A DNA stretch of 64,000 bases from Lingula anatina. Taxonomy: Eukaryota > Animalia > Brachiopoda. Of the stretch, positions 12,401 through 25,914 are shown piece after piece. The stretch spans positions 19,654,001 through 19,718,000 of the forward strand of contig CM120640.1 of assembly GCA_051362555.1 (NCBI GenBank), read 5' to 3'. A program made the position numbers and the translations under genes. Numbering within the stretch: the first letter of the stretch is position 1; each line of letters opens with the position of its first letter. A model generated the notes under the pieces. That model saw only the letters and a program-made list of their open reading frames with translations, was not told the origin of the DNA and ran no database searches.

Positions 12401-15400
12401 TGGGCAATTAAAAACATACTTTATGGCATTTATCTTTATTGTAAAATTCTATGACCTGTTCTTCAAAGGGAGTGTGTGCTTGACAACATGTACCACCCCT
12501 GCGACTCAAAGGTTGCCTGCCAGTCAGACTTAGAAAAAGCTTAAGTAAGAATGATACTACTTACCTCTACTAAGATCTCCAGGGTGTGTCTGGCCACCTG
12601 GACTACCCCCGTGTCTCCCAGGTTGCCTGCCAGGCAGATGTAAGGGTTGGCTGAGGTAGCATAACCTTGAAACTTTCTACTTGGAAAGATCAACACTCTG
12701 TATGGGATGACTAGAAGGAAATAGAAATATAACTCTCAGTACACAGTCTAACTGACAGATCTATTTTGTTATAAATGTTACTATAAAACAGACGAGGTCT
12801 ATTTATTCATGTACATTTTGTTAAGTATGAATGAATTTACACATTAATGAACAGCCATGTATTTAAGGAATTCAAATTATCTAACCTGACAATAAGTCAA
12901 CAAACAAGTCATTATAATGAAGTTGGTGCTCAATTGTCAACAAGGCAGCAAAGCTGTCAAATGTACAGACAAAAAACAGGAAATAACTATGCACTAAATA
13001 GGCTACTGTCAATTCTGATGCAAAAGAACATTATGTTAAACTGCAAATTCAACATCAAATTTTAATTATGCTCAACAGGTAATACCAATGTAAGTAAAAT
13101 GTGTAACAAGTTCACACTTTGAAAATGTATAACTTCCAGAAAAAGAAGCCAATTAGACTGCTTTTCCAACTCAGGCTGCATTTTAGTCCTGTATTTCTTT
13201 TTTGAAAGTTTGGCAATCATAAGTAACATGGTTTTCCCATAATGGTCATCATGGCAGCAGCACCCAAAATTGTGTTTTCTTCTATTCTGATGCCATATTA
13301 CATAATGGTTAACAGCATAATGACCGTCAATTTTTAATAATAAAATATACGTATCATGGATTTTCAGAAAATGTGACTAGCATGGGTCTTCAAGCCCGTG
13401 GAACTTCAAAGTCACACCTTGAAAATGCCAATATGTGAAAAATTTAATTTTCACAAAAAAATTTTAACTGGCAGTAAGAATTACCAAACAGACTGCATTG
13501 CCTACTGAAGCTGTATTTTAGTCCCATGTTTCTTTCCTGTAAGTTTGAGAACAGTAAGTGACATGGTTTTTCTTAAATGGTCATCATGGGAGCAGTGCCC
13601 AAAATAGTTTTTTTTTCAAATTTTGATGCAATATTACATAATTTTTAACAGCATAATGACCATCAATTTTAAAAATAAAATATTAGTATTATGGATATTC
13701 AGAAAATGTGACTAGCAAAGGTTTTCAGGCCCATGGAACTTCAAAGTCACAACTTGAAAATGCCAAAATGTGAAACAAGACAGCACTGTTCTGAAATGTT
13801 TTTTTTTTCCATTTTTAACAATTTTTTTAAAATAAAACAAAATTAACAGGTTACTGCCATTTTTATACGATCAACTAAGAAAATTGATGAGATGGGAAAA
13901 ATATCAATACAACAGTGTTAAATGTCCAATTTCCTCCATTCTGAGATTCTGAACATAGTGAATGATTGAATCTGACAAACTACAATGATATGAGTTTATT
14001 TCCATTTTTGAAACTTTATTACACAATACACAATAACAAGTTTACCATCATTTTTACATAATCAACTAATAATGTTGTAAAGATGCAGGAAATGTCAACC
14101 AAACACTTTTGCGTATCTTATTGATTAAATAATGAGACTGTTAACATGCCTAAGAATTGAATCTGAGAAAATGTGAAACAAGACAGCACTGTTCTGACAT
14201 GGGTTTATTTCCATTTTTAACAATTTTTTTAAAATAAAACAAAATTAACAGTTAACTGCAATTTTTATATGAGCAACTAAGAAAATTGATGAGATGGGGA
14301 AAATATCAATAGAATAGTGTTAAATGTCCAATTTCCTCCATTCTGAGATTCTGAACATGGTGAATGATTGAATCTGACAAACTGCAATGATTTGAGTTTA
14401 TTTCCATTTTTGACACTTTATTACACAATACACGATAACAAGTTTACCATCATTTTTACATAATCAACTAACAATGTTGTAAAGATGCAGGAAATGTCAA
14501 ACAAACACTTTTAGGTATCTCATTAGTTCAATAATGAGACTGTTAACATGCCTAAGAGTTGAATCTGAGGAAATGTGAAAAAACAGCACAACTTCTAAAA
14601 TAATGCCCCGATTATGCTGATTTTCGTACTCAACCTGCGTTTTAGCAGGATTGATCACTCCTATGAGTTTCATGACAATCGGCCGATCTGTTTTTCTTAT
14701 ATTGTGTTTACAGTGTTTCATATATGCTGAAAAGTGAAAAAACAGCATAACTTCTACAATAATGGCCTGATCATGCTGATTTTCGAACTTGACCTGCGTT
14801 TTATGAATATTTATCAGCTCTGTAAATATAAAGCCAAAAACTAAAACTGCCTTCCACTTATCGTGTTTACAATGAAAGTGCACGGCGACGGCATCGCCAT
14901 CGGCATCGGCATCGCCATCGGCATCGGCGACGACGGCGACGACAGACGCAGGTGATGGCAATATGTACAGACACATCTGTGTCTGTACATAAAAATAAAA
15001 ATCTTCTTACTTGTGCTTGTAAATGTGTTTGTGAAACAGAAGTAGTCCACAGCATTGAGGGAGAGGAGGTGACAGAGGAACTGTTCTCTTTCATCTTCAC
15101 AGCGTAGAAAGGCATATCTCTTGTAGCTGCTCCTGCATTAGAAAAATATATGATTGTTTGATGGTTATCTATACGCATACCATTTACTGTTTATTACAAG
15201 AGCATTAACCATGTCCCTTGTCAAACATATATATTATTTTCACCAGTGTTAAAAAAAAAGGAAAAAAGGTGAATTTTCAAAACTAAGACAAAAGATCAAT
15301 TTTGTTACATATACTGCATATATTTGTTTAATTTTCAGTTTCCAAAAAGCAGCTTCAAAGGTTTTCTTGTGTTAGGGCAATGTTAAATTTGGTTTCCAAA

Positions 15401-18400
15401 TTGACTTACCTGAAAATCTGATAATAAACAACTCTTGGACTAACACATATAGTTTACATCTCCCTGTCTTAAATCTGATGTTCATTCTTATGTTGAATGA
15501 TCAGAGAGCAATGTAGTGCTTACCTCAGTAAATCTGTATCAGACAGCAGCTCTTTCAGATGTCTGGAGAGAAGTTTCTTTTCCAGTGCAAGTCTTACCCA
15601 AGCTCTGGCATAGCCTACATCTGTCTTGATGTCCTTCATCTTTAATATATTTCTAAAAAGAAACACAAATATGAAATAAGTATGTGTTTATGGTATGACT
15701 TGCCTTTTTTAATGCTTTTTTTAATCTAAACACACCCATACCACACTTTAGATACCTGAAGTTCAGGCTCGTCATTAGTGAATTTTGATATAAGCCTATC
15801 ACAATTCAACTGATATAAATACAAATGGATAGAATTTGATACATCCTGGTGACCAAACGACGACCTCTTTCAGGATAATTGACACCATGAGATATTACTG
15901 ACACTGTCAAGAATTTCTATTTACCATTGGGCAGTTTTAAAGTTTAGAGAAAAAATGTTTTTTAACAATGTCACATACTTCATATCAAAGGTGACAGACT
16001 CTCTGAGCGGGTTGAGGGTGGGGAGTTCAGGCCCCCTGCTGTTCTTTCTCTTGTGTTTCTTAGGGGTCCCTGGGGGTGTGGCCTCTGGGGTACCTGATCT
16101 GCTACCATCCCCATCCAAGGCTAAAGTGGAGATATCTGAAATAGAACAGAATTCTTCAGTCACTGGGTGTGATCAAAGGCCATTTTTCCTTCACACTGAA
16201 CAGCTTATTTAATAGTCAAATTGCTTTGTTCGCCTATAAATTTTAAATACATTGATGTCCTCTATGTGAACCATCCCAAGGCTGCAAGTCATCTGTATTG
16301 TATTCCTTAGTATATAAAATCATTCTTCAATTGACCTCTTCCTGCATGTAATGTAATTTTGATAATGTAATTATTACTCAAAAATATCATTTGTTGTATC
16401 ACAAGCTTTGTATATGAATCCATCTATACCTTGCAAGTGTAATGTGGGAATTACTGTTCTTTTTATGATTATCAATTGACTTCATATTTTCATTCAAATC
16501 ATCGAACAGTGATTATAGCACAGCACTCCTTGTGATATAATTTTCTATCAAAAATGTGTTTTGTTAATACACAGATGGAATGCTTTCTTAGTTATCAGTT
16601 TGAGTGCGAGACCAAGACAATGAGTCTAAATACACAAAACAAAGATATTCAGTTGTGGTGATACCAACATGGATGAGAAGCAACCTAAACTGGGTGACAA
16701 ACAATCAAAACAATAAGCAGATTTTATCTTAACACATTTTTTTGCAAACTGCACAGATAACGGCAATATGGGGATCCTTGCACATTCCCAAATGCAGTTG
16801 AAGCACAAGATTTTAATTTTTATCAGCAAGCACATTGACCATTTTTCTTCTCAAACTTATATACTTTTATCACCAGTGTACAAAACACTCATTTGATTTT
16901 TTGTCTTTCCTTTAAATACTTAATCTTATAATTTTTTACGGTATCCTCATTCATAATTGGCAGTAAGATTCAACTTCCAATACCAGTTATCTAAACAACT
17001 AAAAAAAATTCAAGGATTAACAAAAGCTTAAGATTATTCACTGACACAGAGGGATCTTGAAATCAAATAAACAAAAACTGCCCAAAATGATGAAAGGTTG
17101 TTGGGTTATCAAGCAGGTAAAATCCATTCCTTAGAGACACAACAGGCATACCAGTCTCAAAATCAAAAGTGACATATGTACATCGATGGTCGATATGAAC
17201 CCTGGTGCCAATAACAGAAGTTGTTTTAAAATCCAGAGCCAACTTTTTGAACAATATTTGAAAAGCAATAGCAACACTTTATAGTCATGCAATGCATTTT
17301 TTATATAACATGTAATATAAGCCATGTATAAGGAGGTGCACTGTGAAATGAGAGAGTCATCCTTTTATTTCAGTAATATCATGGATAGTTTCCATCAGTC
17401 ACAACTGACCACGGACATCCTAAAGGTGCATTTTCTTGAGAGACAATGTATGGCAAAAAAAAAAAAAAAAAAAAAAAAACGTATAATAAAACAGCTTATT
17501 CAAGACTATTTTGTCACATGCTGAAAATACAAGGAGAACAGAAATCTCTCATTTCACAGACTTTGACACAGTATGTTTGTGGTAAAACTTCCAGCATACA
17601 ATAAATAAAAGGCAAACATCTTTGACACTGAGGTGGATGGAACAGGTGTGTGTGTGTATGTGTGTGTGCACGCACATGTGTGTGTTTGCTTGAGTGTGCA
17701 GGGAGAGGGGGTTTACACTTGGTTAACACTCATCTAGATCAAACCTACGCTGAAATCTCTTGCGTAAAATACACCACGCTAGTGCTGCACAATGGTGAAG
17801 GATAAATAGACGTAATGATAGACAAATTTTTTTCTATATATTCTGTGTCAGGTTTCCAGCAGAGCTGAGTCTTCCCAACTTAATACAACCCATCTCGCAC
17901 CACCTGATAATGATAAACCCACCCAGGGAAACTTATCTATCAGCCTGCCACCTGCCTTAATTACAACAACTGTGGGAACAAGATCAGTTAATTTAAGTTG
18001 CCTATGGTGAGCTAATCATCATCAGATGACTTGTTGAGATCAGGCTGTAACAAGGCGCTTCAGCCCAGCTTGACTGGAAACATGACATTAGACAAGACAA
18101 GATGAGACATTACATTATATTAACAAGACATTCTATGACAAACTTTACAAGAATTTTGGTTTCAATGGCAATGGGTATTGGAAAGTTATTGTAGTCCTAA
18201 AACACTTGTTATACAACCAGTATAGACTTTTAAATACAGCAGCATTTTATATTCTTTTAGTTGGTTGAGTATTTTTCTGAGACCAACTAGTAAGGAAAAT
18301 TCAATGATCAACTTCTGAAAATGTATCTTTGATAACGTCCTCCATATTCATTAATCTGTCTCTAATTGAAGCAATTAGACCTTCCAGGTTTTATTTCAAA

Positions 18401-21400
18401 CAAATCAATACTATAACTTCTACAATTTCACCAATATAATTCAATATGTCAGTAATGTACTGAATGGACAGGCGCTATTTTCATTATAGTACCTTAACCT
18501 CTAGGGGATAACATATAAATAAGAACACATTCCAAGCCAGAGAGGGATTTCCATTACCTGGAGTAAGGAAGTTTGGATCAATAGGCTTGCTGTTGTCATT
18601 GCACTCTTCTATTTCTTGAAAGTTGAGCAAGTGAGACCACAAAGCAGACTTGCCCTGGAAAAACAAGGAATAAGAAAAATAAACAAGTGAAAATGCTATG
18701 GCAAATACAACAAACCTAAAAAAAAAAGACAACAAAAACATCTTAAGTTTTGATTTTATCATGTTCTAGATTGCATGCCAAGCTGGAACAGAACAAAAGA
18801 CAGGTTACGTTACATTTCCTTTCTGAATCATCTGAATCACATATCTTTGCATAGCAAACAATGTAAAAACAATTTTAAAAAATTGACAAATAATACTAAA
18901 TGCCCCACTTTTTCCAAAATTGGCAACACAATAGTAATATCAATGTTCTTTACACAATGAAACATGTGATCACTTATCAATGTTCAATTGCTAGTAGGAA
19001 TATTTTACACAGAATTTATTCAATGCATTGCAGTAACTGCTTTTTAAGCAATAATAGATAAAATTATTTGAACAAAATCATAGTAACTATATCTCTAATG
19101 AAACTCTGGAACTATGTCTTCAAAATGACAAGACTAAAACATTCGCTAAGTAAAACTCTGAGTGTCTTTCAATTTCTGCTTACATCAACATCACTAAATG
19201 ACCCCCGATTTGAACCGCACGGCCTAAATTAATACAAATGTACCTGCTTAGTCTGCAGTCCATGGCTCCATATTCTCTCTAGTAGATCACAAAGGCTGGC
19301 TATCAGAGTGTTCTCCTCCACGCCGGTCAGTGTCACCTGGTCACCATGTCCAAGGTCCACAGCCTCTTGACCCATCTTCTCCACTAACATCCTCTTGGTC
19401 TGCAATTTGCAAAAGATGACCTGTGTAATGTTTGTGTACCTACATCTTTACTTTAACCATTTGAAAAATAAATAAATAAAAACAAAGTTAATCTAAAGCA
19501 TAAAAGCTCTCATTGGGGACAAACCAAGCTCTCTAGCACTGTCCCGATGTATACCGGGTCTGAGCCAAATTTCTTATATTCAAAACAAACCAGTCTTTTA
19601 AAAACGTTAACCGTCTTTTTTTTTTCAATGGCTTTGGCAATAAGTGAAACAAACAGCATTTCCATCTATTACTTGATCTATTACATACCTTTCCTTTTGC
19701 CTCTTTGAGCAGTGTTTCCACGAACTTCCAGTTTGTAGCCATCATCCCAGTCTGGGCCAGCTCTGACAGCCGTGGCTGACGAACCATCTTGGCACGGGCT
19801 TCTTGGATATATTTCTGAAATTATGGAGAAAAACATCTTCTTTTAAGAATACTCCACTTAAAAATAACACCATTAAAACCATGCAGTTAATTTTTTTCTC
19901 TCGGCACTCAGTTAAAAGAATTTAATTAATGTCCATGTCTTATAATCCTTACATTGTTGAGATCTTTTAAAATCTTTCTTCAATATACTAAGAGTTTATT
20001 TCAAATTTGTTGTGTTAGCAATGTGTAAACTGGAGGACTCAGTGAAACATTACTATATCACAAGACAAAAGAAATGGCTATAAGAAAAGTATACAGCTTG
20101 GACTACACGGTAGTGGAAGGTTAAACCAATGCAGCCATGTTGTTTATATGAATTTAAGAAGTATACTGACTAATATAAACTAACACAGTTACTATGCCCC
20201 AAACAGTAAGATATGATGTAAAATACATTATTTACTTTGAACTCACTCACTCTTCAAATGCAGGTGAATTGAATATAATAATACGCAGAGCTGGCATAAC
20301 TGTTTTCCATTTACAATCACACTCTATGATAGAGTCAAACCTGGTTATTGATCATGACCATCTCCCTGCATATATGATACCATAAATATATTCTGGTAAT
20401 GCTACCAATGTGGTTATGCTATCATCAGCAGTTGTATCAAATACAAACCCTATTATATGCAACACCATCATATCATCGTTGTCCCTTATCCTTTATTTAG
20501 TACCCTAGACTCCCCTCATCTTTAATTACATGACATTAGTCTGCATTTGTTCCAATAAATGTATCCCTTTCTTCCTCCTGGGCATTGGGTTGTATTTTGA
20601 CAAGAATATCATGTGATTATATCTAGACCCTCTATGTCAAAAGCAGGAATCCCCAAGGCTTAGTGCTTCATATGGGTAATTGTGTGAAAAAGCTGAATGA
20701 AAATTTCTAAGAAAAAAGCATAGGTAATCATATTTTTGTTGACATTGTGTTAAAGGAAGAATACTTGTGGTATATTTTTTTCATAATTATATTCCATGTT
20801 GTGCCCTTGCCAAGGTGTCTGCCCTTTTCTATGATTAGGATGATCTACGTTCAGCTGATAATTTCAATGTTAAATCCCAAGCCCTATGTATAAGCTGGTG
20901 GTGTGTAGAGTTCTGAATAAAGAGGCACGCATCAGATGGCATTAGTGAGTAAATATAGAAACATGCAAGCTTCCAGACCTCCTGAACACGTATGTAAATA
21001 ACATGCATGCTTATTTTAACTTAAACACACACATACACACACGCACACACACACAGACACACACTTTGACTTTTTCTCATACATTTAAACCTGTCCACAT
21101 ATAAATGTCACAAATATATGTGTGATTGAGGCAAGAAATAATTTTACAATGTAGACAGTGAGAAGAGCACTACAAAAATTTGACTGATGACAGTTATTAC
21201 TATGAAAGTTTCACAAAAAAAAAAAAAAAAAAAAAAAAAAATGTCTGGTGCGAAAGAAAACCATACTAAGAGCTATAATTAGAAGTAGAAACCATCTCCC
21301 AATTCAAGTTCATCTCAGATAAAAAGTTGATAATTTGGGAAGTCTACAATATACAAGTATGTACAGGATGCTGCTACATTTAAGTAGTAAGTGAAATACC

Positions 21401-24400
21401 ACCATGCACAGAGTACTTGATATTGATGCCTATATGCACGATAACTACATTGTTGGGGATAGAACAAGAAGCATTATAGAGCTATGCAGGAAAATATATT
21501 TACTCACTCTCCACATTTTGAAGTGTTTCTCCGCTATGACAAACTTTGTACAATGAAAAGATACTACATGTTAGTAATGAGCAATTTTCTACTTGTTCTA
21601 CTGGTATTTAGAACTATTTGAAGGTGCATCAAAGAATGTGCATCTTACTGAGAAGTCTTCAATCATGGTGCAATGTAAGAACGTTTCAGTGCTGTGCATG
21701 CAAAGTCATCTCCTTTCAATTTTACCCTTTCCATAAAGCTATAATAGTCATGTGGGGGTTCAACTGGAATTCTGACATTTCACAGTGAGGAGCACTTATG
21801 ATAAACCTCAAACTGAACAATTTTCTTCTCTGGCACAAAGTCACGCAATTTTTCTCAGGTTACAAATCATGACTTCTGATATTATCCCAAGAGATTACCA
21901 CTTCTGCAAGCCACTAGTATAAATTAATTTGTAGTTGGAATTTAAGTGGGCGCATTTAAGCTGACATTAAATGAATCAACTCTTTGATGTCAGAAGTTAA
22001 AAATCATACTTATGCCTTCTATTTCATCAGTTATCAATTTTAAATGCACTGAGCCATGCCAGCAATTAACATTTTTTGTTATATCAACCAAAAGAAATGT
22101 TAACCAATGTATATATATATACCATCTGCCTTTTCTACACAGCAATCAAATGGAAGCTAACAGTAATAACCTACAATGCACATATAATAAATTGACACTG
22201 TTCATGGTATGTAATGTTTACTTTAATTTGCTATGAATATATAGTCTGGATAAGTCCCCTTAATTATATGCATTTATCACCAAAACTAAATAATCACTGA
22301 TTAAAATGTAATAGAAAATGGGGAGATGATGTGCTTACTTCTCTCTGATCCGAGTTCAGTTGCAGGTGCTCAGAATGTTGAAGATAGCGATCTTTTCTCC
22401 TCCATTTAGCACTGTCTTTCTTTGGTTTGCTAAATATATCAAAAGATATCATATTCAATATATCATATATCCCAGTAAACACAAAGGCTTGCCTGTAAAA
22501 CAGGTGGTCTAAGGACAGTTTCATAAAGCCATTTCAAACACAGGGTAATCTAGTCAACTCACGGGAGTATATTAAATATTTTTATTGCAACTAAATCCTA
22601 TTATCTTAAAGCAATGCTCTTCCTTCAGAATTTTGTTACCTTTGTACAATGGGTTGTTTGTTGAGGGCAACAGCATCCAGGTCAGGGAAGTAGCCGCAGT
22701 GATGTGGTCTAGGCTGGACATCGTCCAGAGAATGAGGAATGGGGGAAGAATGGTCTATGTGGATCCCACGTTTCTCTATTATTGCCTCTGAAATGAAGGG
22801 ATAATGACACATTGAGACTGCATTTATAGACTAAATACTGTCATATTCACCTTCATTTTGATTAAGTAACAAGATATTATAAAAAAAAATTGTCAGCAAG
22901 CCTTTTTAATAACTTTCTCAGTTGTCCATTATTTGATTTTGTCATCTTTTAATTTGAAGTAAACCTTTCTTTAAATCTGTGACCGAATGAAAACCAAAAC
23001 AACTGTTTATGTAAACTGTACTTCTTTGACATTTTGAAGATCATAAACAGATTGTAATAACTAAACCACCATGTCTTTTTAATGTCAAGTATATCACCAT
23101 TTCAGATATACCCCACATGACAAGTAAAGATACAAACAGTAGCGTCCTGTATCCTTTTCTGACTAACCTGTCTCTTGGTATACTGAAGCATCACAGCAAG
23201 TAGGGGTTCTGGCCTCGCCATACTTCTCTTTAAGTAATTTGAGCCTTGCCTCATACACACGCAGATTATAATCACAGTCTTCCCAGATTGCAAGAATTTT
23301 GTTGTCTATCAACGTCGTGAACATCTGGGTTTCAATAAATCGACACAAAAACGGCAAGAAAGTATCTGGCTGATCACTGAGGAAAGCAGCCTTGTCATAG
23401 TTCTGCATGGACTCCCGATTGGTCAGCCACTCTTCTGGACCAAGCTCTTGTGACGGTAGAATGATGAATGCTTCGTATGAGCTGAATATGTGAAGAAATC
23501 TGTTCAAGAAAACTTCTCTCACAGCATTATTAAACTTGAGGTCTTTTAAGTGATTGTCTTCACTTTCAATTTCATCCTCAGGCTTCTTCTTGTCTTTTTT
23601 CTTCCTTCGGTCACTCAGGACATCATGAATATCCTCTGTGTCGCCTAGGACACCTGTCCGCCGTGCTATGGCCATTATTTTGGCCAAAGTGTCATTCTTT
23701 TCAAGGCTATTGTATTTGCCTGGAATGTTAGCTGCCATTAAAGGACTAGAAACTGACTCATCGTTACTACTCATTCCAGAGTCATTTTCAAAACTTCCCT
23801 TTCCTTGTCTTGTCTTACTGTGTGACCGCGATCTTGATCGAGATGCTGCTCTTCTCCTCTCACGTCTTTCCTTTTCTTTTGCATCTTTTTCTTTACGATC
23901 CATGACTCCAAACTGTGCAAGTATAGATTTAATCTCCTCAGTGAGTTCTTGTCTCTGTGGAAATTGGGGGAGGTCTTCTGGAGCATCCACTGTGCCAGCG
24001 TCTATGTCCACAAAGCACATGTTTGCCTGAAATTAGAAGTAAAATGTTGTCTGTAAAGTGTAACACATGTTAAAAATTTCTATAATCTCACTCATGTGAA
24101 ATGAACTCAACTTCCACTAAAACTTGGGATGATGCAAGATATAACATTCTAGTCTTAACTATTCTTGGTCTGAACTCGGCTAGAAGGTGCTTTTCTAGTC
24201 ATGATGTGATGGCTTCAATTAATGCAGACTATCTCAGCTGACTTAAGTGATCTGGATTTTTCATCTAATCCCTCTGCTGTCCCACCTATAGTCACTGTCA
24301 CTGAGGCAAGTCAAATGCCATCAGTCTGGCTCTCTTTGACAATAAGATAAAATCACTGAGATCCCGGGTACTAAATTATCCCACCACAAATTGACTTCAA

Positions 24401-25839
24401 ATACAGCCAAAGACCTAAGATGTCAACTGCTCACCTCTCCTGGTAACTGTAATTGTGACCTGTTCTCATTCCCGCGATGTAGTCCCATGATGAAGGGGAC
24501 TGGAGCATCAAGGAAGTGAATGAGAGAAGCAGGCAGGATTGGAACGTACACATGTTGCCACATGAAGGGAAACATCAGGGTTGTCATCCCCTCCGCAACC
24601 AGCATCAACCGCTGATAGTCTGCAATGAAAATGTGAAGAATTTATTTCATTGCAATAAATTAATTGGTGGCAATTCATAATGTCTTTGAAATTTACTTAA
24701 AGATTTTGCCTTGCTGAAAAAATTACCGCAGTTTGTGGAAGTTATTAGGGATAGGCTAGAAAAAAATTATGAAATGCTCTGTAGAAGGTTTTACAATGAT
24801 ATTAGGCTGGCTATATGCATTATGACAGCCTTCTGGCTGAAGGAGCTATTTTTGAACAAAAGATTGCATAATTTGGCATTTTGCAACACTACAAGACACA
24901 GAGACTTCAAATGACAGCTTCCAAGAAAAGTCAGAATATTAAAAGACAGCCATCAAATGAGTTGTAAAATAATCATTCTGTGGAAAAAAATCATACAAGC
25001 GTGGGGGGATCAAATTGACTTGGTGCCAGTAACAGACATTCATATTGGCATCCCACTCTGAACAGAAATATTCTAGATGCAATTGAAATCAGCCTAGACA
25101 GAACACTTCATTGATAAGGCAATAAAAATTATTGGTGAACTTAAGGTAAATTCAAACCAATTTTGGACTAAATCAAGGCTTCAGACTACCATCCCCTTCT
25201 CCCACCCTGTGCATAACATAATAAACTGTCTCTAAAGTGATCCATTTTTATTGGTGTTGCATGCCATCTCATAATCATGCCCATCAATATAATGCCTACT
25301 CTACTGAATATCAGGATCTAGCAATACTATACTTCCAGAGTAAAAATGGACATTTTTACAAATTAATCAACCATTCACTTTTTTCTTTGGTTTCTTTATA
25401 AAATATTTGACAGTCAACCAATTTTGCAATTTAATCCAGCTTCAGGGTTGTTGATCACATCCACGCCAATCCTCTTATTGACATATCACTTTTCAAGTAT
25501 TTTAGTATGAACAGAAAGAAAACAGCTGTAGCAAATCTGACACCAACACTGACATTGCAGAAAAAAATATCTGGAGGCAGTTCCTTCTAATGCCAATAAC
25601 ATAAGCTCTTTAAGGAAGAAAATGTGAGACATCCAAGACTAGATCAATGTGTGTTGATTTTCTGGGAAATTGCAACCTAGACAGTTTTATTGTAAGAAGG
25701 TCATAAGTGAACAATTAGGAATTTTGCAAATACCGCTTTCACCAGAAAACAGAGTTTGCAAATCAATGAAATGAGAAAGGCTCCTTTGACAACTGTGTGG
25801 TACTTAAGGGGGTTGTACTTAGAAGCATGTTATAGTGAA

Positions 25840-25914
<75 letters not shown>

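Noticed and set aside
14497-14976. 159-aa ORF ([22 protein letters not shown]...) and its look-alikes at 45675-46061 and 46577-46972
   Set aside because: They lie wholly within the HINE-like repeat. Their similarity reflects repeat copies, the ADADGD run is a translated microsatellite, and no transposase or helicase motifs are visible.
17152-17201. 50-nt AG...GT exon-like segment in DENND5 intron 11
   Set aside because: It would shift the frame, and I found no compensating partner exon.
20251-20340. Alternative 90-nt exon candidate ending at a strong GTGAGT donor in DENND5 intron 8
   Set aside because: It begins and ends in phase 2 and cannot rejoin the phase-0 exon at 19814. The 115-nt extended version contains an in-frame TGA.
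23638-24030. Plus-strand 130-aa ORF, and similar antisense ORFs at 42121-42573, 30041-30322, 6008-6340 and 36705-36935
   Set aside because: These are antisense shadows of real exons of DENND5, ARID2, the ITIH-like gene and HINT2.
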